Shown piece after piece: positions 36,721-46,906 of a stretch of 64,000 nt of DNA (positions are counted from its first letter, which is position 1; the number at the start of each line of letters is the position of its first letter). Under the pieces are notes generated by a model. That model was not told where the DNA came from and did no database searches. It worked only from the letters and a program-made list of their open reading frames with translations. The stretch comes from Acidobacteriota bacterium (lineage in GTDB: Bacteria > Acidobacteriota > UBA6911 > RPQK01 > CBDAPI01), in NCBI GenBank assembly GCA_965249245.1, contig CBDFLV010000004.1, forward strand, positions 95,189 through 159,188. Reading direction: 5' to 3'. The position numbers were made by a program, and so were the translations under genes.

Positions 36721-37664
36721 GCCCTCATGGTCAGGATCAGCCCTGAAAAAGCGGGGAATTCCATTTGTCGTCGCGGGGAATTCTAACTGTCGCCAATCAA
36801 AAGCAGCAGGGAACCACGAAATGAGGAAACCGCGAGGAGGTCAAATCCGGGCAAATCGGCTGATTGGACCCCGGAAAGTGCTTGGTGAGGGCGATAGACG
36901 AGTGCCCGCCAAGGGGAGAGGTCGTACAGCGCCCTACAGAGGCCGCTCAGCAGCCTCGTGGATCTGGTCCACTCCCCTCGACGCCAGCGCGAGCGAGGGG
37001 GAGCTCCGTTCGGGCTACGCCCTCACTCCGTCCCCCTCGCATTCTAGGAACAATCTCTCTTTTTTACAGAAAGGAGGACCGCGGAAAGGGCCGTCTCAGA
37101 GGACGGCTACAGCTCTTTTTTTTTAATCCTTGTGTGGGGATTTCCAATCGTCGCTGCGGGAATTCTATTTGACGTTGATCAGTCCTGGTTGACCAGACCG
37201 AATCGCCTGTCCTCTTCACTCTCTCTGCTTCCTTTGACCTGGTGACCTTCTACAATCTCTTCCTCTGGTCCCTGGGGGTGTCGATAATCTGCGGCCGTCG
37301 AGCCGGATTCGGTACCGGACTGGGGGCCGTCGTGGTCCTGTGGGCTCTATGGGTAATCGCCAAGACCGGATTTGCCATGCTTATGGGCGGCTAGCCCGGG
37401 CTATGTGACCCGGGTCACAAACTCTGAGCCGGCGCCGGAGACTTGTCTTTCGAGCCGGCAGGGTTCACTTTTTGCTTGCAAAAGATCCGCGGCAGGGACA
37501 CAATCGGCCGATATGAGTGGTACGAAATCTCTTCCCGCTTGGCTGTGGATCTTTATTGCTGTCCTTTTCGGCGCCTGGCTGCTGTACTGGTTGCTGTAAT
37601 TCGACGGGGCAGGGAATCCCGTTTGGAGCCGCCGGCCTGGCGTTGAAGAAGGGGTAGCTCGAAG

Positions 37665-38051
37665 TTACTTCTTCTTCTCGGCTGCTGTTGCAGTTTCTCT
37701 ATCCACCAGTTCGATCAGAGCGAGCGGGGCCGCATCGCCCTTGCGATTCCCCAGGCGGATGATTCGCGTATACCCTCCGGGGCGTTTTGAGTAACGCGCC
37801 GCCAGCGTGTCAAACAGCTTGGCCACGACCGCTTTGCGCCGGATCCCGGCCAGGGCCATTCTCCGTGCATGGAGTGTCTCTCTCTTCCCAAGTGTGATCA
37901 TCTTCTCTGCGTAGGGACGCAGCTCTTTTGCTTTGGCGACGGTGGTGATCATGTGCTCATGGTCGAGCAGTTCCGTCACCATGTTGCGTAGCATGGCTTT
38001 GCGGTGACTGGGGGTTCGATTCAGCTTCCGACCGGCTTTCCGATGTCGCAT
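37665..38051 (-). CDS. rplQ: 50S ribosomal protein L17
   Basis: [32 protein letters not shown]...; ORF-track TTG extension trimmed to ATG. Confidence 0.95.
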   Translation of the reverse strand: MRHRKAGRKLNRTPSHRKAMLRNMVTELLDHEHMITTVAKAKELRPYAEKMITLGKRETLHARRMALAGIRRKAVVAKLFDTLAARYSKRPGGYTRIIRLGNRKGDAAPLALIELVDRETATAAEKKK

Positions 38052-38066
38052 TGGCAACCTCTCCCT

Positions 38067-39053
38067 TCAGACTCCGTCGGCTTCGCCGACCGGACGAACC
38101 GCATCATCCAGTTTCATACCGAAGCTGAGACCCATGTCGGTCAAGATTTCCTTGATCTCGTTCAAAGATTTTCGACCGAAGTTTTTAGTCTTTAGCATTT
38201 CCGACTCGCTCTTCCTGACCAACTCTCCGATGGTCTGGATATTGGCGTTCTTGAGGCAGTTGTACGAACGGACCGAGAGCTCCAGTTCTTCCACAGATTT
38301 GCTGAGGCTGTCAGTGATTGCCTCGTACTGCTGGCCAGGACTATCTTGGCTTGCCTCCGGCTCTTCTTCAAAATTGATGAAAATAAACAGGTGGTCCTTG
38401 AGGATCTTGGCTGCCTCGGCAATCGCATCCTCTGGACTGACCGAACCGTCAGTCCAGATGTCAAGATTGAGACGGTCGTAGTCGGTCGAACGTCCGAGTC
38501 GAGCAGCTTCAACATAGAAGTTGACCTTCTGGACCGGAGAATGAACGGAATCCATAGGGATGTAACCCACTCCCAATTCCTCTTCAAAGTTCTCGTCGGC
38601 AGGCTGGTACCCCCGAGCTTTCCGAACCCGCATCTCCATCTTGATCTCTCCGGTGTCGTTCACGCTGGCGATTCGAATGTCGGGGTCCAAAATCTCAACG
38701 TCGGGATCGGGCTTGATTTCGCCTGACGTCAGCACACCGGCCCCGCTCGACTCGAGGTAGATTGTCTTGGGATGATCAGTGTGCAGTTTCAGGGGAATTC
38801 GCTTGAGATTCATAATGATGTCAGTGACATCTTCATGGACCCCTGTGATCGACGAGAACTCGTGCAGAACACCCTCGATCTTGACAGCCGTAATCGCAGT
38901 ACCTTCAATGGAGGAAAGAAGGGCCCTTCTCAAGGCATTACCGATGGTACTCCCGAACCCCCGTTCAAAAGGTTGGGCAAAGAAGTGCCCAAAACCACTA
39001 GATCGTGTTTCCAGATCACACCCAAGTCTCTTGGGACGTTGAAAACTGCTCAT
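38067..39053 (-). CDS. rpoA: DNA-directed RNA polymerase subunit alpha
   Basis: 328 aa; [24 protein letters not shown]-domain, C-terminal domain ...[20 protein letters not shown]. Confidence 0.95.
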   Translation of the reverse strand: MSSFQRPKRLGCDLETRSSGFGHFFAQPFERGFGSTIGNALRRALLSSIEGTAITAVKIEGVLHEFSSITGVHEDVTDIIMNLKRIPLKLHTDHPKTIYLESSGAGVLTSGEIKPDPDVEILDPDIRIASVNDTGEIKMEMRVRKARGYQPADENFEEELGVGYIPMDSVHSPVQKVNFYVEAARLGRSTDYDRLNLDIWTDGSVSPEDAIAEAAKILKDHLFIFINFEEEPEASQDSPGQQYEAITDSLSKSVEELELSVRSYNCLKNANIQTIGELVRKSESEMLKTKNFGRKSLNEIKEILTDMGLSFGMKLDDAVRPVGEADGV

Positions 39054-39149
39054 GTTATGACTCCCAATCTATCGCTTTGGTCGAGAGCATCAATGATCAT
39101 TCCTTGATCCTCCCAGTTTGAATTAAGTTCGATGCTCGGTTCTCTGCTC

Positions 39150-39560
39150 TTAGACTCTTCTCTTTTTCGGGGGTCGGCACCCGTTGTGCGGAATGGGCGT
39201 GACGTCCTTGAGGTCCCGGATTTCAAGACCGGAGGCCTGAAGCGAACGGATAGCTGCCTCACGGCCGGAACCCGGGCCCTTGACCCGCACGTCGCAATAT
39301 CTCATCCCGAACTGATCCCGCGCAGCGGCTGCGGCACGGTGAGCCGCCTGCGATGCAGCAAAGGGTGTACTCTTGCGACTTCCGCGAAACCCCTGACCAC
39401 CGGCGCTGGCGTGGGCGAGAACGTTGCCTTCCAGATCGCTGATACAGATGAGGGTGTTATTAAAAGTCGCTTTAATGTGCACGATGCCGTGGACCACGGT
39501 GCGACGCTCCTTCTTCTTCGCTTTCTTCGTTTTTCTCCCGCCCTTTTGATCTTTAGCCAT
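39150..39560 (-). CDS. rpsK: 30S ribosomal protein S11
   Basis: [49 protein letters not shown]. Confidence 0.95.
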   Translation of the reverse strand: MAKDQKGGRKTKKAKKKERRTVVHGIVHIKATFNNTLICISDLEGNVLAHASAGGQGFRGSRKSTPFAASQAAHRAAAAARDQFGMRYCDVRVKGPGSGREAAIRSLQASGLEIRDLKDVTPIPHNGCRPPKKRRV

Positions 39561-39575
39561 GGCTCAACTTTCCTG

Positions 39576-39947
39576 TCACCTCCTGCGTCTGCGGATTCCC
39601 GTTTGCTTGGGTCCCTTTCTGGTTCGGGCATTGGTATGCGTGCGCTGACCTCGGACCGGCAATCCGCGGCGATGTCGAAGACCTCGATAGCATCCGATAT
39701 CCATCAGCCGCTTGATATTAATCTGTACTTCCTTGCGAAGATCTCCTTCGATCCTTCCCTCATCCTGGATGATCTGGCGGATAGCGGTGCCCTGTTCTTC
39801 CGAGAGTTCTCCCACCTTCACACCGGCTTCGACCTCTGCCTTCTCCAGAATTCCGGTAGCCCGGGTTCGGCCGATCCCGTAAATGTAGGTCAGGCCGACA
39901 TCAATCCTCTTGTGGTCCGGAATGTTGACTCCAGCAATGCGTGCCAT
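39576..39947 (-). CDS. rpsM: 30S ribosomal protein S13
   Basis: [30 protein letters not shown]. Confidence 0.95.
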   Translation of the reverse strand: MARIAGVNIPDHKRIDVGLTYIYGIGRTRATGILEKAEVEAGVKVGELSEEQGTAIRQIIQDEGRIEGDLRKEVQINIKRLMDIGCYRGLRHRRGLPVRGQRTHTNARTRKGPKQTGIRRRRR

Positions 39948-39972
39948 ACCTTAACCTTAACTTTCCCCGACC

Positions 39973-40086
39973 CTATCCCTGCCGTTGTTTGTGCTTGGGG
40001 TTGGGACAGATCACGCGCACCACACCGCGGCGGCGAACGATCTTACAGTTAATACAAATCTTCTTGACTGAGGCTCGAACCTTCAT
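39973..40086 (-). CDS. rpmJ: 50S ribosomal protein L36 (37 aa, zinc ribbon)
   Basis: Not in ORF track (<60 aa); manual translation [37 protein letters not shown]; RBS aaggaggt upstream. Confidence 0.9.
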   Translation of the reverse strand: MKVRASVKKICINCKIVRRRGVVRVICPNPKHKQRQG

Positions 40087-40300
40087 TTCGACCTCCTTTG
40101 ACTCCACGTTCAATGATTCTCCCGCGCGATCGGTCGGTCGGAGAGATTTCCAGGCGAACCTGGTCTCCTTCCAGCAAGCGAGAGATCTGTACTTTTTTCT
40201 CTATCGAGATGTGAGCGACAACCTGATCACCGTCCTCGGTTCTCACTCGGAATAACTCTTTTGGCAATCTCCTAGTGACCCGTCCTGGAATACTCTTCAT
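40049..40300 (-). CDS. infA: Translation initiation factor IF-1, with unusual ~15-aa C-terminal extension overlapping rpmJ by ~38 nt
   Basis: [51 protein letters not shown], then [17 protein letters not shown] read through the rpmJ RBS and start. Confidence 0.8.
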   Translation of the reverse strand: MKSIPGRVTRRLPKELFRVRTEDGDQVVAHISIEKKVQISRLLEGDQVRLEISPTDRSRGRIIERGVKGGRNEGSSLSQEDLY

Positions 40301-41067
40301 GAAGAATCCGGTTCCGGACCTTCGAGCTGGCTCAAGATCCAGGGACCGTCTTCAGTCAAGGCCACTGAGTGCTCAAAATGAGCACTGTACCCCCCATCGG
40401 TTGTCACCGCAGTCCACCGATCCTCAAGGATTCTGGCACCGGGCCCCTTACTGTTCACCATGGGTTCGATGGCCAGAACCATCCCCTCCCGGAGTCTGGG
40501 ACCGCGACCCGGGATTCCGTAGTTGGGCACCTGAGGGTCCTCGTGAAGCCGCTCTCCGATTCCATGTCCCACGAATTCCTTGACTACCGAAAATCCGCTC
40601 GCCTCGACGTGGTTCTGCACGCTGGCCGATATATCAGAAATCCGATTCCCAACCACCACCTGCTCGATCCCCTTAAAAAGAGACTCTCTGGTCACTCTCA
40701 ACAGTTCCTTCAGCTGGCTGGAGATTCCCCCCACCGGGAAAGTCCATGCCGAATCGCCATAGAAGCCCTGCCAGCAAACTCCTACATCCAAGCTCACTAT
40801 ATCTCCAGTCTCGAGCCGCCGGTCACCGGGAATTCCATGCACAATCTGCTCATTGATCGAAGCACACACACTCGCCGGGAAACCCTGATATCCCTTGAAG
40901 GCAGGCTGCCCGCCTGCCCCCAGGATCATTTCCTCTGCCACTCGATCCAGATACGCGGTCGTCACTCCCGGCTCAATGAGCCGACCAAGATGCTGTAGAA
41001 CCCGAGCCACGATCAGGTTCGCCTGCCTCATCTTGTCGAGCTGATCCCTGCCCTTACAGACAATCAT
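40297..41067 (-). CDS. map: Type I methionine aminopeptidase
   Basis: 256 aa; metal ligands D, D, H, E, E in conserved context (SLDVGVCWQGFYGDSAWTF, HGIGERLHEDP). Confidence 0.95.
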   Translation of the reverse strand: MIVCKGRDQLDKMRQANLIVARVLQHLGRLIEPGVTTAYLDRVAEEMILGAGGQPAFKGYQGFPASVCASINEQIVHGIPGDRRLETGDIVSLDVGVCWQGFYGDSAWTFPVGGISSQLKELLRVTRESLFKGIEQVVVGNRISDISASVQNHVEASGFSVVKEFVGHGIGERLHEDPQVPNYGIPGRGPRLREGMVLAIEPMVNSKGPGARILEDRWTAVTTDGGYSAHFEHSVALTEDGPWILSQLEGPEPDSS

Positions 41068-41313
41068 TCCACATCAACCAACTGTAATCGGGCAGAAACT
41101 AATAAGTTTATCAAATCAGAACTTCACAACTCCAACCGGATCTAGTACCCAAGTACACTGTAACACCTGAATCGCCAGCGCCTGAGCGGCCCTCGACCCC
41201 GATCTCTGAGTTGCGCCTCCTCGCCAGAGTCCTGGCTCTGCCTCCGTCCGTGCGCCTTGACCTCGGGCCCGAATGGCTCGCTCATCCACCATCGATTTAA
41301 GCATTACAGTCCA

Positions 41314-42720
41314 CTAGCCCCGTCTTCCTCGCACCCGGCCCTTCTTGAGAAAGCCCTCGTAGTGCCGCATCACCAGTTGGGACTCGATCTGCTGAACCGT
41401 GTCCATGGCAACTCCAACCACGATGAGCAGTGAGGTCCCTCCAAAATAAAAGGCTACCCCGAGCCCGTTAGTGAGCCACTGGAGGCCGTTGTCGATAAGG
41501 AAATCGTCCAGCGGGACACCGATCAAGGGTATAGGCTGCACCTTGAAGCCGGTGATCAGAAACTCCGGCAGAAGGCAGACCAGGACAAGGTAAACCGAGC
41601 CGGCGAAGGTCAGGCGGGTCAAGACCTTGTCGATGAATTCCGACGTTCTGCGACCGGGTCGGATTCCCGGAATGAATCCCCCGTACTTTCGGATGTTGTC
41701 CGCCACTTCATCAGGATTGAAGATGATGCTGACGTAGAAAAAACAGAAAAACATGATCCCGGCGATGTAGACAATATTGTAAAGCGGGTACCCCTGTTGC
41801 AGCTGGCTCGCCATACTCTGCAGCCAGGCCCAGGGCAACATGAGCTGGAGTGTCGAGGGGAAGGCCACGATGGAAGCTGCAAAGATCACCGGGATCACAC
41901 CCCCAGAGTTGACTTTGAGCGGCAGATGAGTCGCCTGGCCGCCGTACATCCGGCGCCCGACGACCCGTTTCGCATACTGTATCGGGATTCGTCGCTGACC
42001 TCTCTCGACGAAGACGATAGCTGCTATGACGGCCACCATCATGATCACGAGCGCCGCAACCAGAAAGATGGACTTCTCCCCGCTCCGCAGATCCCCAAAC
42101 AAAGACACGCTGGCACCCGGCAAACCCACCACGATCCCGGCGAAAATGATCAAGGAGATCCCGTTGCCGATGCCCCGCTCTGAGATCTGCTCTCCAATCC
42201 ACATGACAAAGATGGTGCCGGTGCACAGAGTGAGCATAGTCATCAGCCGAAAACCCCATCCAGGGCTGGAGACAATCGAGGGGACACTGGCGGTTCGCTC
42301 CAGGGCAGTGGCAGTCGCCATGCCCTGGAAGAGACTCAGCCCGACCGTCGCGTATCGGGTGTACTGGTTGATCTTGCGGCGACCGAGGTCTCCTTCCTTG
42401 GAAAGCCGTTCCAGGTAGGGCCAGACAACTGTCAGGAGCTGAAAAATAATGGAAGCGGTGATGTAGGGGGTGATTCCCAGGGCAAAAATAGAAAAACGGG
42501 ACAGGTTTCCACCGGAGAAAATGTCCAGGAAACCGAAGATGGTCCCGGCCTGGCTCTGGAAAAACCCGGCAAGAGCTTCACTATTGACACCGGGAGTCGG
42601 AATCCAACTGCCGACACGGTAAAGCGCCAACATTGCGAGCATGAAGAGAATTCTCTTGCGAAGCTCCGGAATGTTGACGATGTTTCGCAGAGTGCCGGCA
42701 AGACGGTTGAAATCGGCCAT
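41314..42720 (-). CDS. secY: Preprotein translocase subunit SecY (start at MADFNRLAGTL...)
   Basis: 10-TM SecY signature; ORF-track 20-aa extension trimmed. Confidence 0.95.
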   Translation of the reverse strand: MADFNRLAGTLRNIVNIPELRKRILFMLAMLALYRVGSWIPTPGVNSEALAGFFQSQAGTIFGFLDIFSGGNLSRFSIFALGITPYITASIIFQLLTVVWPYLERLSKEGDLGRRKINQYTRYATVGLSLFQGMATATALERTASVPSIVSSPGWGFRLMTMLTLCTGTIFVMWIGEQISERGIGNGISLIIFAGIVVGLPGASVSLFGDLRSGEKSIFLVAALVIMMVAVIAAIVFVERGQRRIPIQYAKRVVGRRMYGGQATHLPLKVNSGGVIPVIFAASIVAFPSTLQLMLPWAWLQSMASQLQQGYPLYNIVYIAGIMFFCFFYVSIIFNPDEVADNIRKYGGFIPGIRPGRRTSEFIDKVLTRLTFAGSVYLVLVCLLPEFLITGFKVQPIPLIGVPLDDFLIDNGLQWLTNGLGVAFYFGGTSLLIVVGVAMDTVQQIESQLVMRHYEGFLKKGRVRGRRG

Positions 42721-42721
42721 A

Positions 42722-43171
42722 CTAACTGACGACCTCCGCAGTCCCTCCCGCTGCCTCAATTTTCCTGCGAGCCGACTCACTGAAATGACTTGCGCGAACC
42801 GTCAGCTTCTTCTTCAACTCGCCTTCTCCAAGAATGCGAAGACCATCATGAGTTTTCTTCACATAGCCGATCTCTCTGAGCCTCTCGGCAGAGACATCCA
42901 CTCCTTCCTCGAACTGGTTCAGGTCGCGAACATTGAGGACGACATGACGCTTGGCAAAGATGTTGGTAAAGCCTCGTTTGGGCAGTCGACGATAGAGGGG
43001 CATCTGTCCCCCCTCGAAACCGGCGCGGCGCGAGTATCCAGAACGGGACTTCTGACCCTTATGACCTCGTCCGGCGGTGACTCCCTGACCCGAGCCAGGC
43101 CCCCGCCCCACTCGCTTGCGCTTCTGATTGGCCCCCGGGCCCGGCTTGAGAGAATGCAGCTTTAGAGACAT
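42722..43171 (-). CDS. rplO: 50S ribosomal protein L15
   Basis: [45 protein letters not shown]. Confidence 0.95.
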   Translation of the reverse strand: MSLKLHSLKPGPGANQKRKRVGRGPGSGQGVTAGRGHKGQKSRSGYSRRAGFEGGQMPLYRRLPKRGFTNIFAKRHVVLNVRDLNQFEEGVDVSAERLREIGYVKKTHDGLRILGEGELKKKLTVRASHFSESARRKIEAAGGTAEVVS

Positions 43172-43173
43172 GT

Positions 43174-43374
43174 TCATTCTCCTTCGACGATGCGAACCAG
43201 GTGGCACACCTTCGCCACCATGCCCCGAACCGCGGGGGTATCCTGACGTTCCACTACTTGATTCAGTCTGCGAAAACCCAGGCCTCGAATCACTTTCCGA
43301 TGCTTCTCAGGGCGCCCGATCATGCTCCGGAAGTACTCGATTCTGATTGTTTTCGGTGCCTTCTCAGCCATCAC
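43174..43374 (-). CDS. rpmD: 50S ribosomal protein L30
   Basis: [49 protein letters not shown]. Confidence 0.95.
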   Translation of the reverse strand: MMAEKAPKTIRIEYFRSMIGRPEKHRKVIRGLGFRRLNQVVERQDTPAVRGMVAKVCHLVRIVEGE

Positions 43375-43865
43375 AGGTCCTTTTCGGAAATCCCCCGAAT
43401 CCGGGCCACCTCTTCCCGGCTCCGAAGACGTCCAAGGCCCTGAAAAGTCGCCTTGATGACGTTATGCGGATTGGGGCTTCCGAGGACTTTAGTCACCACG
43501 TCGCGCACTCCTGCGGCTTCCATAACCGCGCGGACGACACTGCCGGCAATCACTCCAGTTCCTTCGGGGGCCGGCCGCAGGAGAACTCTGCCTGCCCCAT
43601 ACGCACCCTCGACCACGTGAGGGATCGTCGAACCGCTCAGCGGGACCCCGACCATGCCTTTGCGCGCTCTCTCCAGGCCCTTCCGAATGGCCGCGGGAAC
43701 CTCTTTGGCTTTCCCCAGTCCGAAGCCGACTCGCCCTCTCTGATCCCCGACCACCACCAGGGCATTAAAGCTCAGGTTCTTTCCTCCCTTGACAACCTTG
43801 GTGACACGGTTGATTGAAATGACCTGATCTTTCAGGTCCGAGTCGCCTCTGTCATAAAACGCCAT
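43371..43865 (-). CDS. rpsE: 30S ribosomal protein S5
   Basis: [42 protein letters not shown]. Confidence 0.95.
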   Translation of the reverse strand: MAFYDRGDSDLKDQVISINRVTKVVKGGKNLSFNALVVVGDQRGRVGFGLGKAKEVPAAIRKGLERARKGMVGVPLSGSTIPHVVEGAYGAGRVLLRPAPEGTGVIAGSVVRAVMEAAGVRDVVTKVLGSPNPHNVIKATFQGLGRLRSREEVARIRGISEKDL

Positions 43866-43873
43866 AGTTGCTC

Positions 43874-44233
43874 CTAGAACTTCAGTCCCTGTTCCCGCGC
43901 CGACTCGGCGAAGGCCTTGACCCGCCCGTGGTAGATGTAACCCCCTCTATCAAAGACGACGGTCTCGATGTTTTTCTTTTTTGCCTCCGCCGCAATTCTC
44001 TTTCCGACTTCTTGAGCCGCTTCCAGGTTTGATCCGGTCTTCCTTCCCTTGCTTCCGAACGTTGAAGCGGATGCCAGGGTGACTCCACCTTCATCATCCA
44101 CCAGCTGTGCATAGAAGTGTCTGAGACTACGAAACACTACGAGTCGGGGTCGCTCGACCCGGCCTGAGATTTTTCGCCGGATTCGTGCATGCACCTTCAA
44201 GCGTCGTTGATTCTTGCTGAGCTTCTTAGCCAT
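43874..44233 (-). CDS. rplR: 50S ribosomal protein L18
   Basis: [47 protein letters not shown]. Confidence 0.95.
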   Translation of the reverse strand: MAKKLSKNQRRLKVHARIRRKISGRVERPRLVVFRSLRHFYAQLVDDEGGVTLASASTFGSKGRKTGSNLEAAQEVGKRIAAEAKKKNIETVVFDRGGYIYHGRVKAFAESAREQGLKF

Positions 44234-44290
44234 ATTGCGTAGATCGCTGGCGGGTTCCAGCACTCCCCTCCATAAATGCGGTAGCGAGTA

Positions 44291-44851
44291 CTAAGCGCCT
44301 TTCTTTCCAACTTTGGTACGTACGAGTTCGTCGGCGTAACGTATCCCCTTTCCCTTATAAGCGTCGGGAGGGCGGATCCTTCGAATATCTGCCGCCGCCT
44401 GGCCCACCTTCCCCTTGTCGATTCCGCTCACCACCATGGTGGCCACATGATTCGGAATAGCCTTTCTTGTCTTGTCTACCTTGATTTCGATTCCCTCGGG
44501 GAACTCAAACTCGACCTGATGCGAGAAGCCGACAGACAGAGTGAGAGCCCCGGCTTTAACTTCGGCCCGATATCCAATCCCCACCAGATCGAGTTCCTTG
44601 CTGAAGCCCTTGGCAACCCCCCACACCGCATTGGCTACCAGAGAGCGAAACAAACCGTGAAGAGCCCTGGTTCTCTTGCTTTCATCATGCCTCTTGGCCT
44701 CTGCTATGCCGTCGGTGACTTCAAGTTGAATACCGGCCGGAATGACGGTTTCCAGGGTCCCTTTCGGTCCCTGAACAACGACCCGGGCGGCCTCGACGTC
44801 GAGTTGGACACCGGCGGGAATCACAATAGGCTGCCTACCGACACGTGACAT
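44291..44851 (-). CDS. rplF: 50S ribosomal protein L6
   Basis: MSRVGRQPIVIPAGVQLDVEAARVVVQGPKGTLE. Confidence 0.95.
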   Translation of the reverse strand: MSRVGRQPIVIPAGVQLDVEAARVVVQGPKGTLETVIPAGIQLEVTDGIAEAKRHDESKRTRALHGLFRSLVANAVWGVAKGFSKELDLVGIGYRAEVKAGALTLSVGFSHQVEFEFPEGIEIKVDKTRKAIPNHVATMVVSGIDKGKVGQAAADIRRIRPPDAYKGKGIRYADELVRTKVGKKGA

Positions 44852-44892
44852 TGGTCAAACCCTCAACCGGTCCGAATGAATCGGGGAAATCA

Positions 44893-45288
44893 TCAGTACA
44901 CCTCACACAGAATCTCGCCTCCGACACCTTTGCCCTGGGCGGCTTTTCCTGTCATCACTCCGCTGGAAGTCGAGAGGATTGTGATCCCCATTCCTCCCAG
45001 GACTGCAGGAATCTCATCTTTCCCCGCGTAGACCCGTCTTCCCGGCTTGCTGACGCGCTGCAACTTCGTGATGGTCGGCGAGCGGTCGGGCTGGTATTTG
45101 AGGAGCACTTTGATGCGACTGACAGGCTTCTCCTCGACCAGCGTGTAGCCAACAAGATACCCCTCTTCTTTCATGATCCGAACAACCTCTTCCCGGATCT
45201 TTGAATAGGGAATCTCAGTGGTCTCGTGAGCGGCCATAAGTGCATTGCGAATCCGCGTGAGCAGGTCCGCAATAGGATCCGTCATCAT
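44893..45288 (-). CDS. rpsH: 30S ribosomal protein S8
   Basis: MMTDPIADLLTRIRNALMAAHETTEIPYSKI. Confidence 0.95.
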   Translation of the reverse strand: MMTDPIADLLTRIRNALMAAHETTEIPYSKIREEVVRIMKEEGYLVGYTLVEEKPVSRIKVLLKYQPDRSPTITKLQRVSKPGRRVYAGKDEIPAVLGGMGITILSTSSGVMTGKAAQGKGVGGEILCEVY

Positions 45289-45322
45289 GGTTGGTCTCCT
45301 CTTTTCGCGATTTCATCCATGC

Positions 45323-45886
45323 TCAAAAAACCAGTACGCGGCGTTCCACTTCGCCAAGAGGGACACCGATGTTCTCCAACAGCACCAGGCCCTGCTGATC
45401 GTCCCGGGCCGTGGTCACGATCGTGACGTTCATCCCGTTCAGACGCTCGGTCCTGGCGAGATCGATCTCCGGGAAAATGAGCTGATCCTTCAATCCGATT
45501 GTGTAGTTCCCTCTTCCATCGAAGGCCTTATTGGACACGCCTCGAAAGTCTTTTACACGGGGGAGGGCAACGTTGAGGAGACGGTCCAGAAACTCGAACA
45601 TCCGATCACTTCGTAGTGTCACCTTCACGCCGATGGGCATATTCTCCCGCAGTTTGAACCCCGCGATTGACTTGCGGGCGCGTCGAATCACCGCCTTCTG
45701 TCCCGTAATCCGGGATAGTTCTTCGGCTGCTTCGTCGAGCAGTTTGGCATTCTGTATCGCCTCCCCGAGACCGATATTGACCACCACCTTGACGAGTCTC
45801 GGTATGGCCATCGGATTCTTGATCTCGAACTCTTTGGTCAGGGCCGGAACCGCATCTTCCAGATATCGTTGCTTCGTGCTCTTCAT
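45323..45886 (-). CDS. rplE: 50S ribosomal protein L5
   Basis: [43 protein letters not shown]; only 34 bp separate it from rpsH (no rpsN). Confidence 0.95.
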   Translation of the reverse strand: MKSTKQRYLEDAVPALTKEFEIKNPMAIPRLVKVVVNIGLGEAIQNAKLLDEAAEELSRITGQKAVIRRARKSIAGFKLRENMPIGVKVTLRSDRMFEFLDRLLNVALPRVKDFRGVSNKAFDGRGNYTIGLKDQLIFPEIDLARTERLNGMNVTIVTTARDDQQGLVLLENIGVPLGEVERRVLVF

Positions 45887-45898
45887 TTTGAAAACCTG

Positions 45899-46225
45899 CT
45901 ACCGTTTTCCGATAGTAGCGTTACATTTCTTGCAAACTCGCACTTTGTCGCCGTCGGAAAGCAGGGCAACGCCCATTCGACTCGGCTCCCCGCATTCAGG
46001 ACAGACCAGCATCAGGTTGGACAGGTGGATGGGAGCTTCCCTTTCCACTACTCCGCCCTGGATGTTCTTTTGGGGATTGGCGCGAGTGTGTCGCTTGATG
46101 AAGTTCAAATTCTCGACAATCGCCCGGTTTCTTCCGGGAAAGACCCTCAACACCCTGCCCCGGGCTCCCCTGTCTTTCCCAGAAATGACGAGGACTTCGT
46201 CATTTCGTTTGATGTGCAACATCAC
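45899..46225 (-). CDS. rplX: 50S ribosomal protein L24 with C-terminal C4 zinc-ribbon extension
   Basis: KOW domain [26 protein letters not shown]... then [34 protein letters not shown]. Confidence 0.9.
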   Translation of the reverse strand: MMLHIKRNDEVLVISGKDRGARGRVLRVFPGRNRAIVENLNFIKRHTRANPQKNIQGGVVEREAPIHLSNLMLVCPECGEPSRMGVALLSDGDKVRVCKKCNATIGKR

Positions 46226-46590
46226 AATACCTCCGGTGCCAGCGAAACGATTTTCATGAAGCGCTTTTCCCGCAGTTCACGGGCCACCGGACCGAAGACA
46301 CGTGTTCCAATCGGCTCCTTCTGGGGGTTGATCAATACAGCAGCATTCTCATCGAACTTGATGTAGGAACCGTCGCGGCGCCGATTACCCCTTCGGGTGC
46401 GCACCACGACCGCCTGTACCACTTCTCCCTTCTTGACGGTTCCATCCGGAGTTGCCTCCTTCACTGAAGCGGTGATGATGTCACCCAGGCCGGCTCCCTG
46501 ACCGGTGTCGCCGCCCAATGGACGAATGCAACAGATACGCCGCGCGCCCGAGTTGTCCGCGACGTTCAACATGGTTTGCATCTGGATCAT
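46222..46590 (-). CDS. rplN: 50S ribosomal protein L14
   Basis: [27 protein letters not shown]. Confidence 0.95.
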   Translation of the reverse strand: MIQMQTMLNVADNSGARRICCIRPLGGDTGQGAGLGDIITASVKEATPDGTVKKGEVVQAVVVRTRRGNRRRDGSYIKFDENAAVLINPQKEPIGTRVFGPVARELREKRFMKIVSLAPEVL

Positions 46591-46601
46591 GACAGTATCC
46601 C

Positions 46602-46880
46602 CTACCCCTTCGCCTTTTCCAGGACTTCCTTCAGGCGCCAGCGCTTCCTCTTGCTGATGGGGCGCGTCTCTTCAATCAGGACCTTGTCTCCTACCTGGCA
46701 CTGATTCTCCTCGTCGTGCGCCATGAACTTGGAGGTCCGTCTCAACGTCTTCCGATAGAGAGGATGTCTCACGAGGCGGTTGATGGCCACCACGATTGAC
46801 TTCTCCATGGAATCGGAAACAACTCGCCCGGTGCGGGTTGCCCGTTTTCGGCTTTTTGTCGTTTGCTGCTCCATAACCAA
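46602..46880 (-). CDS. rpsQ: 30S ribosomal protein S17
   Basis: [66 protein letters not shown]. Confidence 0.9.
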   Translation of the reverse strand: MVMEQQTTKSRKRATRTGRVVSDSMEKSIVVAINRLVRHPLYRKTLRRTSKFMAHDEENQCQVGDKVLIEETRPISKRKRWRLKEVLEKAKG

Positions 46881-46906
46881 CTAGGACCTCATTAAATCTT
46901 CAACGA

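Larger units (their letters stand above)
34130..36798 (-). mobile_element. IS21-family element copy 2 (complete, 2.67 kb, inverted), inserted at the istB/3'-region junction of copy 1 with 7-bp TSD AAAGCAG
   Basis: AAAGCAG at 34123-34129 and 36799-36805; rc(IRL) at 36721-36798; IRR (as rc) at 34130-34177; 34133-34486 is the reverse complement of 36793-37178. Confidence 0.8.
31835..37181 (+). mobile_element. IS21-family element copy 1 (IRL-istA-istB-3' region-IRR; termini TGATTGG...GTTGATCA; 6-7 bp TSD (A)GTCCTG), itself interrupted after istB by copy 2
   Basis: IRL tgattggcgacagttagaattccccgcgacgacaaatggaattcccc at ~31835; IRR ggggatttccaatcgtcgctgcgggaattctatttgacgttgatca at ~37135-37181; 385-bp 3' region 36799-37181 belongs to copy 1. 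Confidence 0.75.
31282..37393 (+). pseudogene. Yip1-domain-like polytopic membrane protein gene split by a nested IS21-family insertion (N-part 31282-31834, C-part 37182-37393); possible extra frameshift near 31740
   Basis: N-part ...FLDPTTTFQRINHRPVWLIPCLALVLLAMVSSYLIV...ILMLILMILG...; after the IS the +1-frame continuation ...LSHLGVL|VDQTESPVLFTLSASFDLVTFYNLFLWSLGVSIICGRRAGFGTGLGAVVVLWALWVIAKTGFAMLMGG* is contiguous once one copy of GTCCTG is removed. Confidence 0.55.

Noticed and set aside
39054-41313. Absence of rpsD between rpsK and rpoA and of adk between secY and map as anomalies
   Set aside because: Both genes are located elsewhere in many bacterial lineages; not informative on their own
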